This document shows, piece after piece, positions 27,853 through 35,691 of a stretch of DNA of 64,000 nt (the stretch's first letter is position 1; each line of letters begins with the position of its first letter). The DNA is taken from NCBI GenBank assembly GCA_033764015.1, contig JANRJK010000031.1, positions 32,001-96,000 on the forward strand. The letters are read 5' to 3'. The notes below the pieces were generated by a model. The model was not told where the DNA came from, did no database searches, and saw only the letters and a list, made by a program, of their open reading frames with translations. A program made the position numbers and the translations under genes. This DNA comes from Candidatus Sumerlaeia bacterium (GTDB taxonomy: Bacteria > Sumerlaeota > Sumerlaeia > SLMS01 > JANRJK01).

Positions 27853-29019
27853 CTACTGCCGCACGTTCATTTCCTCGTACTTCAGGTTCACTTCCTTCAC
27901 CGGCACCTTCTCCTTCTGGTCCGCGGGGCGGGGCGGGAGCGTGATCGTCACTTCGAGCGTCGTCGCGTCCTTGCGCAGCACCGAGACGCCGTCGGTGTCG
28001 TGCTCGCGCACCTCGGCTCCGGCGGGGATCCGTTCGACGACGCGGACCGTCGCCGGCGCGTCCTTGAAGTTCTCCACCTCGTAGCGCAGGTGCACGTGGC
28101 GGTCCGCCAGCACCGGGCGGCGCTGGTTGTTCGTGCGCTTCACCTCCTGCTCGTCGCGCATGATGCGGCGCTTCAGGAGCACGTCGCGCACGGTGCCGAG
28201 CGCCAGCTCCGCCTTCTCCTGCACCGCCGTCTCGGGCAGGTTGTCTTCGCCGAGGAAGATCGTGCTGCCGTCCGGGTCCTCGGCGAAGATGCGGGCCTTG
28301 CCGGGATCGAGCTTGAATCCGCCGAGCTTCTTCGCGGCCGAGTTCTCGATCTCGTAGACCATCGAGATCGCCTCGCCGTCGTCGCCGCGCTGCGAGTAGG
28401 GGTCGGGGCGGGCGATGAACAGCTTCGTGACCGGCAGGTCCGCCGCCTCGAGGGCGAGGAACCGGCGCGTTTCGCCGCTGTCGACGGAGCGCTGGAGGTC
28501 CTGCGGGTTCTGCGCGATGCGGAAGGCGGCGTTGTCCAGGTCCTCGCCGCTCTGGTTCGTCATCTGGAAGTACTGGCGGAAGAGGCCCTTCGTCTCCGCG
28601 GCGTCCACCGTCAGGTCGTACTGGTGGGCGCGGCTGATGCCGCTGAGCAGGTACACCACGCGGATGCGCTCGGTGCGCGCGGCGGGCGAGTAGAGCTGCC
28701 AGGTGAGCGCCTGCTCGCCGGGGGGGAAGGCGACGCTGATGATCTTGGTGGCGTCGGGGCCTTCGCCGGGATGGTCGAGCAGGAAGAGGCGGATCGAGGA
28801 GGGGTCGATGGCGACGCCCTGCCAACTGAAGTCGATCTGGTTCGCGCCCTGCTGGAGGGTGAGTTCGCGCTCCTCGCTGAGGAGGCTCTGGTAGGGGTGC
28901 TCCAGGCTGGCGAGCAGCTTGGCGCGGTCCGGCAGCGTGACGAGCTTGGTGCGCGCGTCCGCGGGGGCGGAGGCGGCGACCAGGGCGGCGGCGCAAAGCG
29001 CGGTGGCGAGGATCTTCAT
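27853..29019 (-). CDS. DUF4139 family secreted protein (paralog 2)
   Basis: ATG 29019, signal peptide, KLVTLPDR, LQQGANQIDFSW, NQSGEDL and LDPGKARIF. Confidence 0.8.
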   Translation of the reverse strand: MKILATALCAAALVAASAPADARTKLVTLPDRAKLLASLEHPYQSLLSEERELTLQQGANQIDFSWQGVAIDPSSIRLFLLDHPGEGPDATKIISVAFPPGEQALTWQLYSPAARTERIRVVYLLSGISRAHQYDLTVDAAETKGLFRQYFQMTNQSGEDLDNAAFRIAQNPQDLQRSVDSGETRRFLALEAADLPVTKLFIARPDPYSQRGDDGEAISMVYEIENSAAKKLGGFKLDPGKARIFAEDPDGSTIFLGEDNLPETAVQEKAELALGTVRDVLLKRRIMRDEQEVKRTNNQRRPVLADRHVHLRYEVENFKDAPATVRVVERIPAGAEVREHDTDGVSVLRKDATTLEVTITLPPRPADQKEKVPVKEVNLKYEEMNVRQ

Positions 29020-29024
29020 GGGTG

Positions 29025-30395
29025 TCACCTCCAGGTGGCGGCGGGGGGCGTGGTGCGGGTGCGCGAGCCGTGCCGCTCGTACACCTTGTAGTCGATCGTC
29101 GTCGTCGCGAGCGCCGGCAGCGCCAGCTCCCACTCCGCGCGCTCGCGGTCGATCTGCTTGAACGCCGTCGAGCTGTCGCGCAGCTCCCAGTCGCCCTGGC
29201 CGAAGTTGAGCCGCGTCTTCATCGGCACCGGCCGCGTCCGCGAGTTCCGGAACTCGAGCTGGTACGTCGAGACCGTGTCCCAGCCGGTGATGTCGCCGTT
29301 GTTGTTGTATTCGAACTCGACCGTTTCCGTCTTCATCAGCTTGGGCTCGACGAGGATCGTGCCGTCCGCGCCGAGGTTGAGTTCGATGTCCTCGCCGACC
29401 GGCGAGTACTTGATCGAGGTGCTGCCGTGGAAGCGGAGGCCGCCGCGCCCGTCGTCGCCGTAGGCGTAGACCGCGCCCTCGGGGAGCGGCGTCTCGCCCA
29501 GCTTGTGCTCCGTGGTGTTCTTGAACTTGTAGAACTTCACCACGCCTTCGCCGTACTTCTCCGGCTGGTACTCGTAGGACAGGTCGAACTTGATGCCGTC
29601 CACGCGGGGGTTGGGGAGTTGCTTGCCCCACCCCGTCTCGAGGTCCTCGGTGCCTTCGATGCTGTAGAGGTAGTACTCGCTGACGGCCTTCTTGATGATC
29701 GCCTTCGCTTCCTGGGCGTCGAAGGCGTTCATGGCGCGGCCGACGGCCATCGGCGCCGAGGCCGGCATCTCGAGCATCTCCTTGGCGAAGTCCCGGCGAG
29801 CGCGCAGCATGTCGCCCTCTTCGCGCGGGATGAAGCCGCGGCGCGCGAGTTCGGCGATCGCCTCGACCAGGTTCACCTCCCCGACCACCAGGCGCGTGTT
29901 GGCGTTGGCGAAGTCCTCGCCCGAGTTATTGGTGATGGTGAAGTCCGGTTCCAGGCGCAGCGCCGTTTCGTCCGCGTTCGCGATCAGCGTGTAGTCCGCG
30001 CGCCAAGTGAGGCCCGAGGCGAAGCAGGTGATCTCGACCTTCGCCTTCCCTCCCTTCGCCGCCTCGATGTTCCAGACGATGGTGTTCTGGGAGTTGGCGG
30101 GATAGGAGGCGTCGAGGACGGTGAAGTCGCGCGTGTTGTCGACCACGCGGATCTGGAGCGAGGTCGGGTCGATGAGCGTGTTCGCCCAGGAGAACTGGAT
30201 CTGGTTGGCGCCTTGCGAGAACGTGAGTTCGCGGACCTCGCGGACGAGCGTGAGGTCCTCCGCCTTGTAGATGGTGAGCTGCGTGCTGTCGCGCTGCGGA
30301 AGCGTGACGAGGTCGATCTTGGCGTGGGCGGTTGCCGCCGCGATCAGCGCCAAAGCCGCGGCGAGCGCGCGCGGCGCTGCGGGTCGTCTGGTCAT
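29025..30395 (-). CDS. DUF4139 family secreted protein (paralog 1)
   Basis: ATG 30395, signal peptide, DLVTLPQRDSTQLTIY, GANQIQFSWANTLIDPTS, GLTWRADY, NNSGEDF and LVVGEVNLV. Confidence 0.85.
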   Translation of the reverse strand: MTRRPAAPRALAAALALIAAATAHAKIDLVTLPQRDSTQLTIYKAEDLTLVREVRELTFSQGANQIQFSWANTLIDPTSLQIRVVDNTRDFTVLDASYPANSQNTIVWNIEAAKGGKAKVEITCFASGLTWRADYTLIANADETALRLEPDFTITNNSGEDFANANTRLVVGEVNLVEAIAELARRGFIPREEGDMLRARRDFAKEMLEMPASAPMAVGRAMNAFDAQEAKAIIKKAVSEYYLYSIEGTEDLETGWGKQLPNPRVDGIKFDLSYEYQPEKYGEGVVKFYKFKNTTEHKLGETPLPEGAVYAYGDDGRGGLRFHGSTSIKYSPVGEDIELNLGADGTILVEPKLMKTETVEFEYNNNGDITGWDTVSTYQLEFRNSRTRPVPMKTRLNFGQGDWELRDSSTAFKQIDRERAEWELALPALATTTIDYKVYERHGSRTRTTPPAATWR

Positions 30396-30524
30396 GTTGG
30401 TCTCCGGGCCGGCGATCCGATGCCCCGGTTGTGTTGGCGCCGGCGTCTGTGGAGAGGAGGCTGCGGCGCCTCCCGCGGTTTGGTCAAAGACAGCCGATAA
30501 ACGAGTCTCGGCCATCCGCCGCGG

Positions 30525-30566
30525 TGGGTAAGCCCCGCGACGGCGTGGCGTGTAGGGGTTTACCCC
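30525..30566. promoter_or_regulatory. Paired near-palindromic sites, candidate upstream activator sequences for a sigma54 activator
   Basis: TGGGTAAGCCCC (30525-30536) and GGGGTTTACCCC (30555-30566), 30 bp apart, about -155 and -125 from the predicted TSS. Confidence 0.45.
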
Positions 30567-30658
30567 AATCACCCCCGCAATGGAGGAGGGTTGCCGCTGC
30601 ATCAGTTAAGACAACTAATTTTATTAGATTTAAAATCGGATCGGATTCCGCGCCGCTT

Positions 30659-30674
30659 TGGTTCGGCCCTTGCT
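30659..30674 (+). promoter_or_regulatory. Sigma54 (-24/-12) promoter
   Basis: TGGTTCGGCCCTTGCT versus consensus TGGCACG-N4-TTGCW, with exact GG-N10-GC spacing. Preceded by an AT-rich tract at 30605-30636. Confidence 0.65.
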
Positions 30675-30685
30675 GCATAGCTATT

Positions 30686-30772
30686 GGAAGCTGCGCTGCA
30701 AGGCGCGGACAGGCTTTCGCCCCTTCCCCTGAACAACCAAGCGCCGGGCCCCCCCCCGGCGCTTTTCTTTTT
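30686..30772 (+). ncRNA. Putative structured small RNA or attenuator leader, about 87 nt
   Basis: Begins at the predicted sigma54 TSS. P1 GGAAG/CTTCC, P2 CTGCGCT-GCAA-GGCGCGG, P3 GGC-TTTC-GCC, linker CCTGAACAACCAA, then a terminator. Confidence 0.55.
30739..30772 (+). terminator. Intrinsic terminator
   Basis: AAGCGCCGGG-loop-CCCGGCGCTT running into TTTTCTTTTT. Confidence 0.85.
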
Positions 30773-30807
30773 GCCCGCGCCCCCGCATGGGCAACGTTGT
30801 CCCCGCC

Positions 30808-31962
30808 ATGCTCGCCAGCGTCTTCACCCCCACGCACCACCCCGAGTGGCTCGCCGCCGCCGCCGAGTCGCTCCTCGCCCAGTCGCACCGCGATTGGGAG
30901 TGGATCGTCCTGCCCAACGGCACGGCGGCGCCGCCGCTGCCGGACGACCCGCGCATCCGCGTGCTCGGGGGCTTCGCGGAGCGCCGCGGCCTCCCCGTCG
31001 GCCAGCTCAAGCGCGCCTGCTGCGGCGCGGCGCTCGGCGCCGTCCTGGTCGAGCTGGACCACGACGACCTCCTGCACCCGGAGGCGCTCGCCGAGGTGGT
31101 GCGCGCGGTCGGGGGCGGCGCGGACTTCGTGTTCTCGAACTTCGCGGAGTTCCACGACATCGACGGCTCCCCGCGCCAGTACCCGGCGGACTCCGGTTGG
31201 CGCTACCGCGACCACGAAGGCCCCGACGGCCACCCCTACCGCGAGGCGCTCGCCTACCCGGCGGACCTGCCTTGGCTCTGCCACCGGACGCACCACCCGA
31301 ACCACATCCGCGCGTGGTCCGCCGAGGCGTACCGCCGGCTGGGCGGCCACGACCCCGCGCTGGCCCTGGCGGACGACTTCGATCTGCTGCTGCGCACCTA
31401 CGCGGCGGGCATGCGCATGGAGCACCTCGACCGCTGCCTCTACTACTACCGCTGGACCGGGGGCGGGAACACGTCGCTGGAGCGGCAGGCCGAGATCGCG
31501 AATAGCTTCTCCGGCGTTTACGCGCGCCACGCGCCGGCGCTTTACGCCGGGTTCTGCGCGCGGCACGGGCTCGACGCGCTGGAACTCGCCCCGGAGGAGG
31601 CCGCCGGCACCGGGCGCGCCCCCGGCTCCGCCGGCCTCGTCACGCTCCGCGGCTGGATCCGTGAACTGGGCGACCTCGCCGGGGCGCTGAACGAGTGCTG
31701 GCGGATCCTGGCGCCGGGAGGCGTGCTCCGGCTGGAGCCCCCCGCGGGCCCGCCCCCGCCGGCCCGCGCGCCGGAACCGTCGCGCGGCGCGTCGCCCGCG
31801 CTCCGCTGCGCCTTCAGCTCGATCAGCCTCGCCCGCGTGTACCCGACGCCGGCGCACCGCGCGCTCGGCGCCGCCTACCTGCGCGCCGACCTGTCCTGCG
31901 TGAAGCGCGGCCTCGCCCGGAACCACCCGGTCTGGGTGGAAGGCCCCGTGCCCGAGGGCTAG
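30808..31962 (+). CDS. GT2 glycosyltransferase with degenerate methyltransferase-like C-terminus
   Basis: SVFTPTH, SLLAQSHRDWEWIV, ELDHDD, ADDFDLLLR and C-terminal LNECWRILAPGGVL. Alternative start at 30787. Confidence 0.8.
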   Translation: MLASVFTPTHHPEWLAAAAESLLAQSHRDWEWIVLPNGTAAPPLPDDPRIRVLGGFAERRGLPVGQLKRACCGAALGAVLVELDHDDLLHPEALAEVVRAVGGGADFVFSNFAEFHDIDGSPRQYPADSGWRYRDHEGPDGHPYREALAYPADLPWLCHRTHHPNHIRAWSAEAYRRLGGHDPALALADDFDLLLRTYAAGMRMEHLDRCLYYYRWTGGGNTSLERQAEIANSFSGVYARHAPALYAGFCARHGLDALELAPEEAAGTGRAPGSAGLVTLRGWIRELGDLAGALNECWRILAPGGVLRLEPPAGPPPPARAPEPSRGASPALRCAFSSISLARVYPTPAHRALGAAYLRADLSCVKRGLARNHPVWVEGPVPEG

Positions 31963-33065
31963 GCGAAGCGCCGCGCCACCTTGGCGATGATGTCCACGCC
32001 GCGGCGGATGCGCGCCTCGGGCGCCGCGAAGCTGATGCGGAAGTGCGTGCGCCGCTCGCTGAACACCGAGCCCGGCACCACGAGGAGCGACTCCTTCACC
32101 AACTCCTCGACGAAGCGGTCGCCGTCGCCGCCGGGGGCCTCGGGGAACACGTAGAACGCGCCCCCCGGCCGCGCCGCCCGGAGCCCCGCGGCCGCCAACC
32201 CCTCGCACACCAGATCGCGCTTCCGCCGGTACGCGTCGTTCACCTCCGTCGGATCGAGGTCCAGCGCCACGACGCTCGCCTCCTGCGCCGGCGACGGCGC
32301 GCAGACGAAGGTGTACTGCTGGATCTCCTTCAGCGCGCGGACCAGTTCCTCGTTGCCGAGCACCCAGCCGATCCGCCACCCCGTGATGGCGACGGACTTG
32401 GAAAGGCCGCCCACCACGATGGTGTCGGGGTTGAAGCGCGCCGGGGACACGAAGGGGCCGTCGAAGTTGAAGGCGTCGTAGATTTCGTCCGACAGCAGCA
32501 CGAGGCCGTGGCGCTGGGCGAACTCGGCCACGGCGCGGGCGTTCGCCTCGGAGTAGCTCACGCCGGTCGGGTTGTTCGGCGTGTTGCAGATCACCATGCG
32601 GGTGCGCGGCGTGCGGTGCGCCTCGAGGCGCTCGGCGGTGAGCTGGAAGTCCGGGTAGGTGTCGACGAAGACCGGCTTCACGCCGAGGAACTTGAGGAGC
32701 TGCTTGTACATCACGAAGTAGGGGTCCGGCACGAGGACCTCGTCGCCCGGGTTAAGGAGGGCGAGGAAGAGCAGGTAGAGGGCGCCGGTGGTGCCGCTGG
32801 TGACGATGGAGGCGGGGAAGTCCAGCCCGCGCGCGCGGTAGTGCTCGAGGATCTTCGCGCGGAGCGCGGGGGTGCCGTCGGTGGGCGTGTAGCGGTTGCG
32901 CCCGCCTTCGATGGCGTCGATGGCGGCGCGGCGCACGGGCTCGGGGACGTCGAAGTCCGGCATGCCGATGGACAGGTCGCACGGATCCGCCATCTTGGCG
33001 GCGAGCTCGAAGATGCGGCGGATGCCCGAGGAATCGATCAGTTGGCGTCGGTCGGCGAACTTCAT
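31959..33065 (-). CDS. Class I/II PLP-dependent aminotransferase
   Basis: LSIGMPDF, NTPNNPTG, SDEIYD and GLSKSVAITGWRIG. Confidence 0.93.
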   Translation of the reverse strand: MKFADRRQLIDSSGIRRIFELAAKMADPCDLSIGMPDFDVPEPVRRAAIDAIEGGRNRYTPTDGTPALRAKILEHYRARGLDFPASIVTSGTTGALYLLFLALLNPGDEVLVPDPYFVMYKQLLKFLGVKPVFVDTYPDFQLTAERLEAHRTPRTRMVICNTPNNPTGVSYSEANARAVAEFAQRHGLVLLSDEIYDAFNFDGPFVSPARFNPDTIVVGGLSKSVAITGWRIGWVLGNEELVRALKEIQQYTFVCAPSPAQEASVVALDLDPTEVNDAYRRKRDLVCEGLAAAGLRAARPGGAFYVFPEAPGGDGDRFVEELVKESLLVVPGSVFSERRTHFRISFAAPEARIRRGVDIIAKVARRFA

Positions 33066-33178
33066 GGGGCGCTCCTCGCGGCGGGTGTGGCGCGATTCGA
33101 CCGGCCGGCGGGGGATGGGGCAAGCGTTGGGGGCAGCGCGCGCCTTGACCCTGCGCCGCGGCGGGCCACCATCGCGCC

Positions 33179-34162
33179 ATGGCGACTTCCCTCCCCTTCC
33201 AACGCGCGCTGGTGACCGGCGGCGCGGGCTTCATCGGCTCCCACCTTTGCGAGCGGCTCCTCGCCGCCGGCGTCTCCGTCGAGGCCCTCGACGACCTCTC
33301 CACCGGCTCCGTGCTCAACATCGAGCACCTGCGCGGCAACCCGCTCTTCCGCTTCACGGTCGGCGACGTGCGGCGCATCGCGGACCTCGCGGAGGCGGTG
33401 GACCGCGCCGACGCCGTCTTCCACATGGCCGCCGCGGTCGGCGTCCGGCTCATCGTCGAGCGCCCCGTGCACACCATCGAGACGAACCTCGAAGGCACGA
33501 CGAACGTCCTCGAGTGCGCCACCAAGAAGCGGAAGCTGGTCCTCGTCGCCAGCACCAGCGAGGTCTACGGCAAGTCCGACAAGCTGCCCTTCCACGAGGA
33601 GTCCGACCTGGTGCTCGGTGCCTCGCGGCGTCCGCGCTGGGCCTACGCGTGCTCGAAGCTCATGGACGAGTTCCTCGCGCTGGCGCACCACCGCGAAAGC
33701 GGCCTGCCAGTGGTGGTGGCCCGCCTCTTCAACACGGTCGGACCGCGGCAGACCGGGCGCTACGGCATGGTGATCCCGCGCTTCGTGGCGCAGGCGCTCG
33801 CCGGCGAGCCGCTCACGGTCTACGGCGACGGCTCGCAAACGCGCACCTTCTGCCACGTCGCGGACACGGTGGAGGGGCTCGTCGCGCTGCTTGCCCACCC
33901 GAAGGCGGCCGGCGGCGTGTTCAACGTGGGCGGGCTCGAGGAGCTCTCCATCGCGGACCTCGCCGCGCGCGTCATCGCGGGCACCGGCTCCGCCTCGCGG
34001 ATCGAGTTCATCCCGTTCGAGGAAGCCTACGACGGCGACTTCGAGGACATGGCGCGGCGGCGTCCGGACCTCTCGAAGATCGCCGCGCTGATCGGCTACG
34101 CGCCTAAGCGCACGCTCGACGACATCATCGCCGACGTCGCGGCGCAGCACCGCACCGCCTAA
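33179..34162 (+). CDS. NAD-dependent nucleotide-sugar epimerase/dehydratase (extended SDR)
   Basis: VTGGAGFIGSHL, ASTSEVYG, YACSK, RLFNTVGPRQ and GDGSQTRTF. Confidence 0.93.
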   Translation: MATSLPFQRALVTGGAGFIGSHLCERLLAAGVSVEALDDLSTGSVLNIEHLRGNPLFRFTVGDVRRIADLAEAVDRADAVFHMAAAVGVRLIVERPVHTIETNLEGTTNVLECATKKRKLVLVASTSEVYGKSDKLPFHEESDLVLGASRRPRWAYACSKLMDEFLALAHHRESGLPVVVARLFNTVGPRQTGRYGMVIPRFVAQALAGEPLTVYGDGSQTRTFCHVADTVEGLVALLAHPKAAGGVFNVGGLEELSIADLAARVIAGTGSASRIEFIPFEEAYDGDFEDMARRRPDLSKIAALIGYAPKRTLDDIIADVAAQHRTA

Positions 34163-34190
34163 GGGGGGCGCGCCCGGCCGGGGCGCCCCG

Positions 34191-34571
34191 CTACCTGCCC
34201 GCAGAAAGGCAGTCCTCGCACACTCCGTAGAGCGTGATGTGGTGGGCCTCGAGGCGGAAACCAGCGGGGGCCAGCGCGCGGATCCCCGCGAGGCACCCTT
34301 GGACCTCGTACATCTTCGAGCAGTGGCGGCAAAGGAAGTGGTGGTGGTGCGGCTTGCCCGCCACCTCGTAGCGCGCCGGCTCGCCGGGAATCTCCACCGC
34401 GGAGATCCACTGCTCCTCGAGCAGCGTCTTGATCGCGCGGTACACCGTGGCGATGCCGATGGAGGGCGCGTGCGGGCGCGCCGCGTCGAGCACCTCCTTC
34501 GGGCTCATGGGGCGCCCCGACTCCTCGAAGGCTTGGCGGACTGCGGCGCGCTGGGCGGTGTTGCGTTCCAT
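34191..34571 (-). CDS. Fur family regulator (probably Zur-like)
   Basis: ATG 34571. TAQRAAV, IGIATVYRAI, HHHHFLCRHC and YGVCEDC. Divergent from znuA. Confidence 0.9.
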   Translation of the reverse strand: MERNTAQRAAVRQAFEESGRPMSPKEVLDAARPHAPSIGIATVYRAIKTLLEEQWISAVEIPGEPARYEVAGKPHHHHFLCRHCSKMYEVQGCLAGIRALAPAGFRLEAHHITLYGVCEDCLSAGR

Positions 34572-34672
34572 GGTCGGGCTTGACACCGGGTGTGATAACG
34601 CCGTCTCAATAATGTCGGCGGGAGGTTTAGATTTGGCAAGTCCCCCCCCCGCGCGCAACGACGGATCGCGAG

Positions 34673-35605
34673 ATGAGAATGTCCTACCGGTTATCAAGGC
34701 TCCTGCTGCTCCTCCTCTGCTTGCTCCCCGCGGCGCTCCCGGCGGGTCCGCTCTACGTCGCGACCATCGAGCCGCTCGGTTCGGTGCTGCGCGAAATGGT
34801 CGCCGGGCGCGGACGGGTCGAGGTGCTCCTCGCGCCCGGGCAGTCCCCGCATGTGTTCGATCCGCGCCCCAGCCACGCCCGGCGCCTCGCCGCCGCCACC
34901 GCCTTCTTCTACGCGGCGGACAGCGTCGAGCCCTGGGCGGAGCGCCTGAACGCGAAGCACTCCATCGAACTGCTCGGCTTCCTGCCGGAGCCGTTCCGGC
35001 TGCCGCTCTCGGGGGCCGCCTGCGAGCATGGCCAAGACCAAGACCACGGGCACGCGCACGCGCACGACCACGGGCACGACTCGGAGTGGGACGGCCATTG
35101 GTGGCTGGACCCGCTGGCGGTGGAGGCGCTGCTGCCGCCGCTTGCGGAGCGGCTCGCGGAACTGGACCCGGAGGGCGCGGCGGTCTACCGCGCGAACGCG
35201 GCGCGCTACGGTGCGCAGTTGCAATTGCTGGATGCGGAGCTGAGCGCCATCCTGGCGCCGGTCGCGGGGCGCGAGGTGGTGACGCAGCACGCGGCGTTCG
35301 GCTATCTGCTGCATCGATACGGGCTGAAGGATGGCGGCGTGATGGCGCTGGTCGCCGGGCAGGAGCCAACCCCGGGGCACCTGCGCGAACTGGCCGAGGG
35401 CCTCAAGGCGCGTGGCGTGCGGGCGGTCTTCACGGAGCCGCAGCTCAGCGCGCGCCCGGCGCAGGTGCTTGCGGAAGTCGCGGGGATCCCCGTCCACGAG
35501 CTGGACCCGGAGGGCGCGCGCCCCGGCCGCGCCTCGCTCGCCGAGCTGCTCCGCTACAACGCCAACACCCTCGCCGAGGCGCTCGCCGACCCGAAGCCGG
35601 AGTAA
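34673..35605 (+). CDS. znuA: Zn/Mn ABC transporter substrate-binding protein (ZnuA family)
   Basis: Signal peptide, SPHVFDP, His-rich loop HGQDQDHGHAHAHDHGH, DGHWWLDP, HAAFGY and FTEPQ. Confidence 0.88.
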   Translation: MRMSYRLSRLLLLLLCLLPAALPAGPLYVATIEPLGSVLREMVAGRGRVEVLLAPGQSPHVFDPRPSHARRLAAATAFFYAADSVEPWAERLNAKHSIELLGFLPEPFRLPLSGAACEHGQDQDHGHAHAHDHGHDSEWDGHWWLDPLAVEALLPPLAERLAELDPEGAAVYRANAARYGAQLQLLDAELSAILAPVAGREVVTQHAAFGYLLHRYGLKDGGVMALVAGQEPTPGHLRELAEGLKARGVRAVFTEPQLSARPAQVLAEVAGIPVHELDPEGARPGRASLAELLRYNANTLAEALADPKPE

Positions 35606-35691
35606 ATCGCAAGCCGGTCGATTTCCCGCCGAATTGGAGAGAGGTTTGCGCGTAGGATCCTCGATGACTCTCCACCCCCCGGGAGTGGCCC

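Noticed and set aside
30686..30772. tRNA, SRP RNA, 6S RNA, c-di-GMP or glutamine riboswitch identity for the structured RNA
   Set aside because: Lacks the T-loop/anticodon arms, the SRP GGAA-loop domain, 6S length and the conserved riboswitch cores as I recall them.
30684..30807. ORFs 30684..31505 and 30332..31690 crossing the intergenic RNA
   Set aside because: They run through a strong terminator and have shadow-frame composition.
34580..34613. Sigma70 promoter TTGACA...AATAAT upstream of znuA
   Set aside because: The spacing between the hexamers is about 22 bp, too long for a canonical promoter.
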